A stretch of 64,000 bases of DNA. Origin: Eledone cirrhosa. Its lineage: Eukaryota. A program made the translations under genes and the position numbers. Below, piece by piece: positions 1-10,730 of the stretch. How positions within the stretch are numbered: the first letter of the stretch is position 1; each line of letters starts with the position of its first letter. The notes beneath the pieces were generated by a model. It did no database searches, was not told the origin of the DNA, and saw only the letters and a list, made by a program, of their open reading frames with translations. The stretch covers positions 19,034,001 through 19,098,000 of the forward strand of contig OZ024746.1 in the NCBI GenBank assembly GCA_964016885.1, in the 5' to 3' direction.

Positions 1-1494
1 CAGCAATATACTGTTATTTGCATTCTCGAAATAAAAGGGAATCAGAGCAATGATAAGGTATTATCAAAAACACTGAAAAAAAAAATATGGATAAAAGCCA
101 AAAATAGAATCTTCTTCAAAGATGTTCAGAAACCTCCCACACTTTAATTGCTCCCTCCCAAAGAAAAAAAAAAAATTTAAACCAAGCACAAGTTTAACTT
201 CAAAATTCTAAGCCAATATAACAGACATTTTTATGGTTTTCAAAAGGAATACTTAATTGATAATTTCATCATGTCAAAATATATTCCAAAACAAATTAAA
301 ATTTTCCAATTTTGTTTGTTTTGTCTTTCCTTTTCTAACATGTAGGATTTTATTTGTTTAATTAAAGACTGTCTCCTCAACAGATCTGCTATCTGTAATA
401 TTTTCCATCTCCAGTATCTTTCAGTAACTGGCTTTAATAAACTGATTAATCCTGTGCCAGAAATAAACAGAGAAACTATACAAAATAAGGTTGTAATCAT
501 ATATTTTGTAATTACACACACACACTCACACTACAAAAACCAAAACCGCTTGGCACCATGGTCGGGATTTTACCTAACTCAATACCCACTCTGCATCTCC
601 CCATGCATTGAATACTTCCATGATTAGTGGTCTCCCTGGTTTCAGTGCCACAGACTCACACCCCCACACCCCCACCCCACACACTTTTAATGTTCTATAA
701 AAACAAACCCCTAAAAATAACAGGAAAAACAAGGTTACTTGAAGTCATAAAAAAAAAAAAAAGAAATAGAAAAGAGATTTCCTTTTCAAATAAACTGAAC
801 CATCACAATATTTGCTAAGTAACTAATCTAGTGGAGCAGCCAAGTGTTGATAATGTGCACCAGTTAGAGAGACCTAGTTTACATCCTATAAATAAATATA
901 AAATCTGAGATTTTTGGTGGAGAGCTCATTTTCTTAGTTTAGTAGGAAATGGTTTTGTAGATAAGCAGTGAACTATATTGCAAATAATATTACAAATGGT
1001 AGAAAACTGTCAGTTCCCTACTTTAGTTAAAAGGTACATACATACTATCAGTATGTCTTTAAATTGATACCAAAGACAAAACCATTGACTAAAATAGAAC
1101 CAACCCAATTCTTTTTTTTCTACTATTTACTTCAAGTCTTAAACTTTTTTCCTTCTTTACTTGCAAAGCAAAGTGTACAAAGATATGTGTATATCTTTAT
1201 AAATGAAACTGTTCACATAAACATGATGTTAAATATGTTTTTTAAACCAATGAAGAATGATTTAAATATTTTCAAAGACTCTTTGATGATGACAACTGAA
1301 AACAAAAAGGTAAACTCTTAGTAAACCGAGTCCAGGAATCAGTATAGTTTTGCCATTTTGTCCTACAGGGCACAGCAGAAACACCACTCTGACTTAGGTG
1401 TAGAGTCGGTCACCCCTCCCTCTTCTCCCTTTCATTGCTTAACAATCCTTTTCGATTCCCTCCCTTTTGTTGTTTGTTTTTTTTTCTTTTTGTT

Positions 1495-1663
1495 AACTAC
1501 ACTGTAAATGTGGTTGGTGTTAGGAAGGGCATCCAACCGTAGAAAACCTGCCAGACGAGCGAGATATGGTCACCCAACCAATCTTGCCTCAAGTAGGACA
1601 ATTCCCGTCTAAACCCATGCTAGCGTGGAAGATAGACGTTAAACGATGATGATCATCATCATG
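1495..1663 (+). mobile_element. (GAT)n-tailed SINE, 3' part
   Basis: gtggttggtgttaggaagggcatcc...ccatgctagcgtggaa..gacgttaaacgatgatgat; this motif recurs more than 10 times in the window. Confidence 0.8.
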
Positions 1664-1861
1664 ACACCTCTCAACATTGGACTATTTTATTTTTATGTAT
1701 ATATCATTATATAATTATTTTTATGTATATATCATTATATAATTATATAATAAAAGAAAAAATAAATGGATTTCCAGATTAAAACAGACTTTCATTCTTA
1801 AAAAAAAAAAAAAAAATGATACATCATTATAATCTTCACCATAATTAACATGTAGCTTAAA

Positions 1862-2130
1862 TATGGCCTAACAGTTAGGATGTTTAACATATGATCATAA
1901 TGCTGTTGGTTCAATTCCTGGACTGGGAGACTGGATTGTCTTCTTGAGCAAAACATTTTATTTCATGTTACTCTAGTACACTCAGTTAAGTGTGTGTACC
2001 AGCAGTTAATCCTATGATAAACTGGTGTCCTATCCAGGGAGAGTCATGCACTCTTAGTCACTTAACACCAAGGAAACCAGGGATTAGTACTGGCTTGACA
2101 AGGCTTCAGCTTAGAACAAACTTTAACTTA
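1862..2130 (+). mobile_element. tRNA-derived CORE-type SINE
   Basis: A box tggcctaacagtt, B box ggttcaattcc, CORE-like cttgagcaaaacattttatttca, tail shared with 3300, 10450 and 42570. Confidence 0.8.
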
Positions 2131-2234
2131 AACAAGGAATCAATATTTCAAAGAAACGATGGCTGTAAGATGCTCTAAACTATATACCTATTAAATGTAA
2201 AGGGTAGAGGAAAATATCCATTTTTATTTTAACA

Positions 2235-2450
2235 GTGGATTGGCTGTATCGGTAGAGCATTGGGCCCCATGCTTTGCAGCATATAGTTACGTCCCTTTAC
2301 GTTCTGAGTTAAAATCCCACTAAGGTTAGCTTTGCCTGTCATCCTTACTGGGTCAATAAAATAAAGTACCTGTAATGTGCTGGAGTCAATTTAATCAACT
2401 TTCTTCTCCCCCAAAACTGTTAGCCATGTGCCTAAATCAGAAACCATTAT
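2235..2450 (+). mobile_element. tRNA-derived SINE (GCCTTTCATCC-domain family), long subfamily
   Basis: tggattggc..tcggtagag head, ctgagtt(c)aaatccc B box, central domain, tail agaaaccattat. Confidence 0.85.
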
Positions 2451-2460
2451 TTTAACAGGA

Positions 2461-2653
2461 GGGGCGGTGGATTGGCAGTATCGGTAGAGGGTCGGACGCC
2501 ATGCTTTGCAGCACAGTTGCGTCCCTTTACGGACTGAGTTCAAATCCCGCTGAAGTTAACTTTGCCTTTCAACCTTACGGGGTCGATAAAATAAAGTACC
2601 AGTAATACACTGGGATAATTGCTGGCCTTGTGCCAAAAAGTAGAAACAATTAT
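2461..2653 (+). mobile_element. Same SINE family, short subfamily (ctgggataattgctggcc junction)
   Basis: Full head ggggcggtggattggcag; flanked by attattttaacagga at 2446-2460 and 2649-2663. Confidence 0.9.
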
Positions 2654-2730
2654 TTTAACAGGAGGAGCAATAAAAAAAAAAAATGTTAAGTAGTTGCTTA
2701 TAAAAGTGTGCCAGGGCAAACTGAGAGCAA

Positions 2731-2850
2731 CATGAAGAGTTGCTTCATGAGACTACATGAAGAGTTGCTTCATGAGACTACATGAAGAGTTGCTTCATGA
2801 GACTACATGAAGAGTTGCTTCATGAGACTACATGAAGATTTGTTACATGA
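2731..2850. repeat. 25-bp minisatellite catgaagagttgcttcatgagacta, 4 perfect copies plus degenerate copies
   Basis: Direct inspection; period 25. Confidence 0.95.
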
Positions 2851-2966
2851 GCAGCCGCTATGTGAAGAGTCGCTACATCACTGGCAGCAATGGTAAAGAT
2901 TATCAACATAGCTTTATCTTTGAAAGGAAACAGCTAGAAAGTGCAAGGAAGAACCTAGAGAGGCGC

Positions 2967-2998
2967 AGAGAGAGAGAGAGTGTGTCTGTGCGCGCGCG

Positions 2999-3049
<51 letters not shown>
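2967..3049. repeat. Compound microsatellite (GA)n(GT)n(GC)n(TA)n
   Basis: Direct inspection. Confidence 0.95.
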
Positions 3050-3052
<3 letters not shown>

Positions 3053-3299
3053 GCCAATGTTATCTGTAGAATTCAGTTGAAGATAAGCCATATCAAGACA
3101 ATAATTCGAAGAAAGCTGTTTCTGTTCGGTCTATGGTATCTGGTGTCTATATGCAGATAAGGATTGTTTCAAACATGCTAATTAGGATAAGCCTAATGAA
3201 TGTTGACGACATTTTGAAACAAATTAAAAAATGGAATATAAATTACCAGGCAACAGTTTTTTTATTATTGTGATCTCAATATGTTGCATTATAGTGTGT

Positions 3300-3570
3300 G
3301 GTATGTGGGGGGGTTAGCCTAGTGGTAAGGGTTTTGGACTTAAGATCATAATGATTCCTTGACCGGGTTGTGTGTCATGTTCTTGAGCAAAACACTTCAT
3401 TTCGCATTGCTCCAGTATACTCAACTGAAAATGAGGACCAGAAATAGCAATAACTGATGGACTGGCATCCTGTCCAGAAGGAAGGTTTGCATTCTCAGTT
3501 ACTTAATGCCAATGAAACCGAGATAAGCAACAGCCTGAAGAGCCTCCAGGCTCAAGACAGACTTTAGATG
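3300..3570 (+). mobile_element. CORE-type SINE
   Basis: tagcctagtggtaagg A box, ttcttgagcaaaacacttcatttc CORE, shared tail. Confidence 0.8.
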
Positions 3571-3997
3571 TGCTACTAATGGGGTACCATCAATGATACG
3601 TTGCTATGATGGTTTTGTGGCATATTTCAAAGAATACGTCCCAAACATATTCTGCATTAATTGTACATAAAGAACATCTTGTAGGAAAACATCCAAGTAC
3701 AAACCTTCATTCACTATTAAGTATAATAATTATGGCTATAAATAAAATAAAAAAACTGAATGCTAAAAATGATAGGATGTTTAATGTTTAGACAGCTGCA
3801 CCAAGATAATGAGTAATTTATTAGATTATTGTTACACACACAAGTTTGTTGGCTCTCAAAATGGTGCTTGTAAGACTAGTTACATTCAATTATATGATAG
3901 TGTCAGAGCTTTTGTTTTGTTGTTGTTTAAAGAAATGAAGCTGGTCTCTGACAACAATTAAAAACAAAGTATGATGCTTTTTTTATTTGGCAGGCAT

Positions 3998-4295
3998 TAT
4001 CATCATCATCATCATCCTTATAATCATCAGCGTTTAATGTCCATTTTTCCATGCTAGCACGAGTTAGACGAGTTTGAGATCAGATGACCATGTCTTGCTC
4101 ATACAGAACTGATTCTGGCTTGGTTTCTCTGGATAGATGCCTTTCCTAACACCAACCACATTTACAGCATGGACTGGATGCTTTTTATCATGGTACTAAA
4201 ACATGGGTGTTTCTGTCATGACACCAACATAGCCACTTTACATGTTGGACTGGGTGCTTTTTTGTTGTGACACAATGCAACCACTTTACATGATA
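3998..4295 (-). mobile_element. (GAT)n-tailed SINE with duplicated 5' modules
   Basis: (cat)n then cgtttaatgtccatttttccatgctagc...gatgcctttcctaacaccaaccac. Confidence 0.75.
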
Positions 4296-4304
4296 TTCTG
4301 AAAA

Positions 4305-4517
4305 GGGAACTGTCATCAGTTTGAGGGAACTCTCATCAGTTTGAGGGAACTCTCATCAGTTTGAGGGAACTCTCATCAGTTTGAGGGAACTCTCATCAGT
4401 TTGAGGGAACTCTCATCAGTTTGAGGGAACTCTCATCAGTTTGAGGGAACTCTCATCAGTTTGAGGGAACTCTCATCAGTTTGTGGAACTGTCATCAGTT
4501 TGTGGAACTGTCATGAG
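4305..4517. repeat. 20-bp minisatellite ttgagggaactctcatcagt, 8 perfect copies (4321-4480) plus about 3 variant copies
   Basis: Direct inspection. Confidence 0.95.
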
Positions 4518-4699
4518 AAATAATGGTTCGGTAGTCACCTCAACCAACTTAAATTCTTGAACCAAATCAACAAAATTCCAGACCTCAACCTCTTACCGAG
4601 TCTGCAGTAATTTGTCAGATCAGACCAAGGAAACAATGGTTCCATTGGTCTTTCCAATTGCTAAAATAAGCTCTTTTCAGGCCTATAGGCTCATGCTAA

Positions 4700-4920
4700 G
4701 AGTAGATTCATTCACTCTTGCCATTTTCACCACATACACCCACCTTTTGACGAAATCGCTGGAGAAGAGCACCTCCTTCTCTACTACCATCTTCCTTTTC
4801 AGGTGGAATTTGAAAAAAGTTGAGAGCTTGACCAAAGAGGAAGCTGTCTGTCCTTAGTTCTCTCAACCTTGTCTACCATATGACGTCTTTTGCCATAGCC
4901 ACCAGACAGGAAAAGACTAA
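4700..4920 (-). mobile_element. Degraded non-LTR ORF2 C-terminus, L1/Tx1-like
   Basis: Minus-strand translation CLVAMAKDVIW*TRL...FFKFHLKRK...DFVKRW resembles the AK..IW..R...F...W tail of L1/Tx1 ORF2. Confidence 0.45.
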
Positions 4921-5199
4921 TCTGAGAAATTATCTTAAACTAAGGGAGCATCTGTGTGATTGTTTGCCCTGCTAGAAATATCATCCTAGATTTCACTCCA
5001 ATCACACCATCCTGTCTTAAAATAACAGACACATTAGGTACTGCAATTCTACATACTCTATATTTAAAAACGAGACAAGATAGTAATAAATGAATGCCTT
5101 CAATTCATAGAGCACCTCAATTGCAAATGGCTTAGCACTAAACAACAAGAGAATTATTATTGTTGATATTATTATTATTATTTCCATTATTATTTTTAT

Positions 5200-5416
5200 T
5201 GCGCATCATTACTGCTTTACTGAGCAGTTCTGTGCGCCTTGGGTATGGGCAGTGTAGTTTTTGCTGATGTTGTTCCTATTGTATTGATAGTACTTTTTGT
5301 AATGTGTGTGTGCAGTGCCTAGTAGTGCTATATTTTGTATGCTGTATATATTTGTAAGTCCTGGGGTTTGGGCTATATATTTGTCTGTGTTTTTTTTAAT
5401 CATTCCTAGAGCACCT
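5200..5416 (-). mobile_element. R4/Dong-clade non-LTR retrotransposon, 3' fragment
   Basis: GALGMIKKNTDKYI...IQNIALLGTAH matches the end of the RLE domain (LQK.ALLGTA.ILR); flanked by (TAA)n. Confidence 0.75.
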
Positions 5417-5440
5417 ATTATTATTATTATTATTATTATT

Positions 5441-5757
5441 CATTTGCACAGTGATGCTCTTATTAACACTGGATCATTTAATTGGCTCCCTATCAAGTAA
5501 TGTAACCTTAGATAGACAGTACATTCCGCAGGATATTTGCTGTTCAAAAAACTGTTGTTTTCTGACATGTTTAATTCTAGGACTGATTCCAATTCTATCA
5601 AGGTTTTTCTGGAGGTTTTTTTGTCACCGACTCAAGTACTCCAATTACAATTGGTACCACTCTTGCTTTCATATTCCACATTCTCTCAACCTCAGTTCTC
5701 ATGTCTGCATACTTTACGATTTTCTCAGTTTCTTTACCATTGATGTAATGGTCTCCT
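5441..5757 (-). mobile_element. R4/Dong-clade non-LTR retrotransposon, 3' fragment (RLE domain)
   Basis: KETEKIVKYADMRTEVERMWNMKARVVPIVIG matches the KE.EK..KY..L..E..RMW....VVP.VIGALG motif; (TAA)n at its 3' end. Confidence 0.8.
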
Positions 5758-6749
5758 TTTACTACTACTATTATTATCATCATGATCAACCTCATGATCA
5801 CTAAAATCATCATTTCAGTTTTATGATCAAATATTACTGATTCAATAATCTAGAATGCCAAGGGCATTTCACACAAATATTTTTACTAACATCTGTTAAA
5901 AAAAAAAAAAGATTGTTAAAGAAATAGTAATAAATTTTAGATCAATAATGTGTTTAGCACTTGTATGGACACTATTGAGGAAGCTAATTGCTGATTGTAA
6001 GAGAGGGCGGGGTGTATATGTGTGTTAGGGTGTGTGTGAGAGTGTGTATGTGTTAACATACTCAGAAAGAATAAAAACAGAAAAAGTATTGGAGAATATC
6101 CTGTGCATCAAGCTACCTACTTTTCATCAATATAAATGCTATTAAGAGTTGGAAGAAGTGAAAATGAGAGGAAAGAATATCGTAACACATAGATTATTAG
6201 AAAGCTTTGCATACAATTACATACACAATGCTGTAAAAATATCCAAAATAAAATGGTGGTTAGCGAACATTTTTAGACAAGAGTCTGAAAGTATGAAGTT
6301 ATCACATACATCTACAAAACTAGACAGAGTGCCAATAAAAAGGAAATTTTCCATAGAGATTCATTATCACACTTTCTGTTTGTTATCCCATTGATACTCA
6401 TAACTAATATGCTTAGGTCAAAACCAAGATATAGATTCATAAATAACAAAGAAAAAATAAACCATCTGCTTTATATGAATAATTTAAAATCTATGTAAAG
6501 AATGGAATGACTTTAGACACATTTTATTTAAGTTGTCAAGATGTTATGCACAGATAGAGATATGTTGTTTGGATAAAATAAGTGTATATTCTTAACAATA
6601 AACAGGAATATTACTAAAGCAGATGATACTTCTGGGCTAGGTTAAATGAAGAAGATATTAATGGGTTCAAGATGAGAGGCAGAAATATAAAAGAATTCTA
6701 GAAATAAGTAAATTTAAATTTAAAAAAATAAATTGACAGAGACAATATA

Positions 6750-6915
6750 ATGATTTCTAATTTAGACACAAGTCCAGCAAAATGGAGAAAGAATAAGTCA
6801 GTTAAATCGACCCCAGTGTATTACCGATACTTTATTTTATCGACTCTGGAAGGATGAAAGGCAAAGTTGACCTTGACAGGATTTGAACTCAGAATGTAAA
6901 GAGCCAAAACAAATG
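6750..6915 (-). mobile_element. GCCTTTCATCC-domain SINE, degraded
   Basis: tactttattttatcgac...ggatgaaaggcaaagttgacc...ggatttgaactcaga. Confidence 0.8.
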
Positions 6916-7986
6916 TAGGGAAGACAGAGGCAATATAATAACAAAACATCAACATATAGGTAATCACATTAATTGTTTTCTATTGATTTTTCTAAACTGA
7001 GGTAAGTAGTTCAGTTTTGTTTGTTTGCTTGTTAGTTTTAGACAGTGCCCATGAATCTTTTTAGGGCTTTCGAGACTGGTGTGAGACAGGAAGATATCTT
7101 TGAACCAGAGTCCTAGTTCAAATGCTTGCAACAGAGTTAACTCTGCTGAAGACATCCAAGTGTCATGCGGTGCTGTTGACCCAGGTGAAGTATTAAGTCT
7201 AACATCCAAGTAGGCAACAGCAAGATTTGAACTCAGAATACAAAGAGCTGCAACAAATGCCACAAGACATCTCCCTATTTTCTACTGACTCAATCAACTC
7301 CCATAACTAAATAGAAAATCATGTAAGTTGCTGTGTATAAAATCTTATTTTGCCTTTCCTCCATTCAAGGTCAATAAAAAAAAGTACCAGTCTAGTACTG
7401 GGGTCGATTCTTCCTATCGCTTTCTCACTTCCATTCTCTCCCCCCTTCTATCTTTTTGTGGAAGATATCTGCCGCATTCAGACCTGGAGAAGAGATTGGC
7501 TCTGCCAGGTTTTAAAAAATGCCTTAGAAATGCTGTATGTTAATGTGGCACCCCTATAACTTCCTCAGACATTATGGGACATACATATAAGTTTACTTAT
7601 CTAAAGATGTCATATTAAGACTTGTAAAACTGCAACTGTATTAAATAAAGCTACATAAGATAACAGAGATAATTTGGAAATAGGCAAAGAAGGTCAAGAT
7701 GTACATATAACAAGAGAACAAAAATCAAAACAAGAATACAACAAATAAAGTTATATGGAGAATATCTAATATAAAGAGAAGTGTTAATCTAGAAATCATG
7801 ACAAACATTGTAATAGAACAAGATAAGGAAAGTACAAGAAACAAAACTACTCATAACACTTGATTAGTAAATATAATAAATTGCTTGAAAACAAGTACAA
7901 AGATACGTGGAGGTTTGTTGTATAAGAAAATGAGAAAGGAAATATCACGTAATGATGGAAACTGACAAACTATATTAACAAATAAT

Positions 7987-8180
7987 GATGGCCAGCATTT
8001 TTTATGGGAATGGGAGATTACATCTACCCCAGTGCGTTACTGGTACTTTATTTTATGGACCCTGTAAGGGACGAAAGGCAAAGTCAACCTCGGCAGGATT
8101 TGAACTCAGAATGTAAAGGGCTGTAAATCTATGCTGGAAAGTATATTGACCGATGTTCTACCAATACTACCAATCCATTG
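7987..8180 (-). mobile_element. GCCTTTCATCC-domain SINE, long subfamily
   Basis: Family motifs on the minus strand; flanked by attaacaaataat copies. Confidence 0.85.
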
Positions 8181-8190
8181 ACATTAACAA

Positions 8191-8381
8191 ATAATTGTTT
8201 CTACTTTAGGCACAAGGCCAGCAATTATCCTAGTGCATTACTGGTACTTTATTTTATCGACCCCGCAAGGATGAAAGGCAAAGTCAACCTCGGCGGGATT
8301 TGAACTCAGATTGTAAAGGGACGTAACTATGCTGGAAAGCATGGCGTCTGACCCTCTACTGATACTGCCAATCCACCACCT
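8191..8381 (-). mobile_element. GCCTTTCATCC-domain SINE, short subfamily
   Basis: Close to the other short copies; TSD ttgacattaacaaataat at 8178-8195 and 8382-8399. Confidence 0.9.
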
Positions 8382-8439
8382 TTGACATTAACAAATAATG
8401 ACAAGCAAAATTACTATTTATTTTGCTTGTAAGGCACAG

Positions 8440-9015
8440 TCAAATAACAGTGATGGAAGGCAGGAGGCTAAATTAAGTGCAAGAATTGCAGGAGCTGGTG
8501 CAGTAAGACCAGCTTCAGCATTCGGCAATCAGAAGAAGGAAAATAGGTGTAACAGTTAAACTTGCTACCTTCAATTACTTGTGCCAACCCTTACCTATAG
8601 TAAGGAATTTTGGATAATGGCCAAAAGGATACAATTGCAAAGACAAGCGGCTGAAATGGGGTTCCTCCGAAAGGTTTTTGGAGTAATGTTACTCCATCAA
8701 GTGATGTTACTCGATAGAATGTGTAGCTCGGAGATCAGAAAATCACTCCAGGCTGAGCCGCTACTCTGATTTGAAAGATTACAGCTCCACTACTATAGGC
8801 ATGTGGTTAGGATACCTCAAGAAAAAAAATCACTGGACAGATTTTATGGGAAAAACCAACCGGCAGGAGGCCCAGGAGTAGACTCCTAGCAAGATAGTTA
8901 GATAACATTCATGAACTCGGCTGGTCATGGTTGGGGATCCAGCCAGATCAATTGAAGAGGGTTTGTGGACTCTGCCCACATGACCCTTCCAGTGGGCAAA
9001 GAAGAAGAAAGAAGG
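8440..9015 (+). mobile_element. RTE-clade LINE, 3' fragment
   Basis: SDGRQEAKLSARIAGAG...PTLTYSKEFW...QAAEMGFLRKVFG...KPTGRRP...; (GAA)n tail; stops and frameshifts. Confidence 0.85.
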
Positions 9016-9584
9016 GGGAAATGAAGTGATTTCATGCTGAAACTGAGAAGCTTGAGGAAACAACACAAGTCAACTACTAACATCCGGCAATTCATCCTCA
9101 GCACTACTTCCACCACTTCAATATTAAAAATATCACAAGGTTACACATTTGCAAAACAAGAGTTACGATTGATTGAATTGACCCAGTATTTATTTTATTG
9201 ATAACAAAAGAATTGAAAGAAAGTAAACTCCAGTAAAACTTGGAACACAGAGGAATGAAAAATAAATACTGAAGATTGTTCTATCTCTAAATACTACACC
9301 ATTTCTGTCATGATACTCTCTTTCTTTCCTAGATTATATTTAGCAGAAACACATGTACAACAACTGATACACATATTATAACAAAGAATATTACCAACAA
9401 AGAAAAAATAGAAGTCCTGTAAAAATAAATATTTAAAAAGTAAACATTGAACAGTGTGGCCATTATCATGAGAAGAAGAAATATCAATTTCTGTTTATGA
9501 CACACCAGTTTTTCACTGGCAAATAACACCTACAAAAATGCCACACCCAATATATTGAGGTCACCATAGAAACCACTGAGAGGA

Positions 9585-9790
9585 ACATTGGTATTTTGTG
9601 GATGATCAATGAGGCCCTTCTTATTAATAAGTATGGCCCTAGTATTAACAAAAAAGAACATTGGTATTTTATGGATCAAAGAGGTCCTCCTTAACAGGTA
9701 TGAACCTAGTATTAACAAAAAATAATATTTGTATTTCATGGATCAAAGAGGTCCTTATCAACAGATATGAACCTAATAACAAAAAAAAAA
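9585..9790. repeat. Diverged tandem triplication of about 65-73 bp
   Basis: aacattggtatttt..ggatcaaagaggtcc...cctagtattaacaaaaaa repeated three times. Confidence 0.8.
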
Positions 9791-9950
9791 TCAGTTACAT
9801 GGGGCTGACTGATTATTGTGACCAGTCTGTGTATGTCACCTTTCCACTGACCTACTTCCAACAAAGGTTAGTCACACAACAAAGAATACCTTGTAAGATG
9901 CTCCAATTTTTCTTAAGAGATTCTAACCTTGTAATATTATGAAATATAGA

Positions 9951-10139
9951 GTGAATTGGCAGTATCGGTAGAGGGTCGGACGCCATGCTTTGACGCATAG
10001 AGTTACGGCCCTTGCCATTCTGAGTTCAAATCCCGTTGAGGTTAACTTTGCCTTTCATCCTAACGGGGGTTGATAAAATAAAGTACCAGTAATACACTGG
10101 GATAATTGCTGGCCTTGTGCCTATTATAGAAACAATTAT
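9951..10139 (+). mobile_element. GCCTTTCATCC-domain SINE, short subfamily
   Basis: TSD attatgaaatatag on both sides. Confidence 0.9.
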
Positions 10140-10297
10140 GAAATATAGTGTAACAATTATTGTTTTGTTATCTTTTTTTTTACTCTAGTTTCACCACTAC
10201 ATTTTCTAAACACATTGTACTAGCTTTCAAAATACATTCTTAATGTTAATTATATGCACATGTACAGAGAGAGAGAGGTACATATGCATGCATATAT

Positions 10298-10452
10298 GAC
10301 AAGCTTCTCTGCAGTTGCCATCTAGTAAATTTAACTCGCAAGGCTTTGTTCACATCGAGTTTGCAGCAAAAGATACATGCTTAAGGTGCTGCATTGGGAC
10401 TGGACCAAGAATTATGTGGCTGTGAAGCACACTTCTTAACCACATAGCTATG
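10298..10452 (-). mobile_element. Degraded head of an octopus tRNA-derived SINE
   Basis: Reverse complement reads tagctatgtggttaagaagtgtgcttc...ggtccagtccc...gcaccttaagcatgtatctt...aaagccttgcgag. Confidence 0.6.
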
Positions 10453-10730
10453 GCCTAATGGTTAGGATGCTTGGTGTACAATCGAAATGTTGTCAGTTCA
10501 ATTCCTGGACAGGGTGCTGCCTTGTGTTCTTAGACAAAACACTTTATTTCATGTTGCTCAAGAACACTCAAATGAGATGAGTACTAGCAGCAGTTGGGGA
10601 GTTAAACCTGTGATAGACCAGCATCTTGTCCAAGGAGAGTCTTGTACTCTCAGTTGCTTAACACCAAGGTAATCGGGGGTAATCAATGGCCTGATGAGCC
10701 TTCGATTTAGAGCAGGCTTCATCTTAACTA
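10450..10730 (+). mobile_element. CORE-type SINE
   Basis: tggcctaatggttagg A box, gttcaattcc B box, CORE, tail. Confidence 0.8.

Noticed and set aside
240-521. 93-aa minus-strand ORF as a gene
   Set aside because: No recognisable motif and a non-ATG start in a (GT)n tract. A possible acceptor near 451 exists but no frame can be supported.
1640-1663. C/D snoRNA C boxes (TGATGA) across the window
   Set aside because: They arise from (GAT)n SINE/LINE tails; no paired D box or terminal stem was found.
2731-2850. CRISPR-like palindromic repeats
   Set aside because: Units are contiguous with no spacers, there are no cas genes, and the context is eukaryotic.
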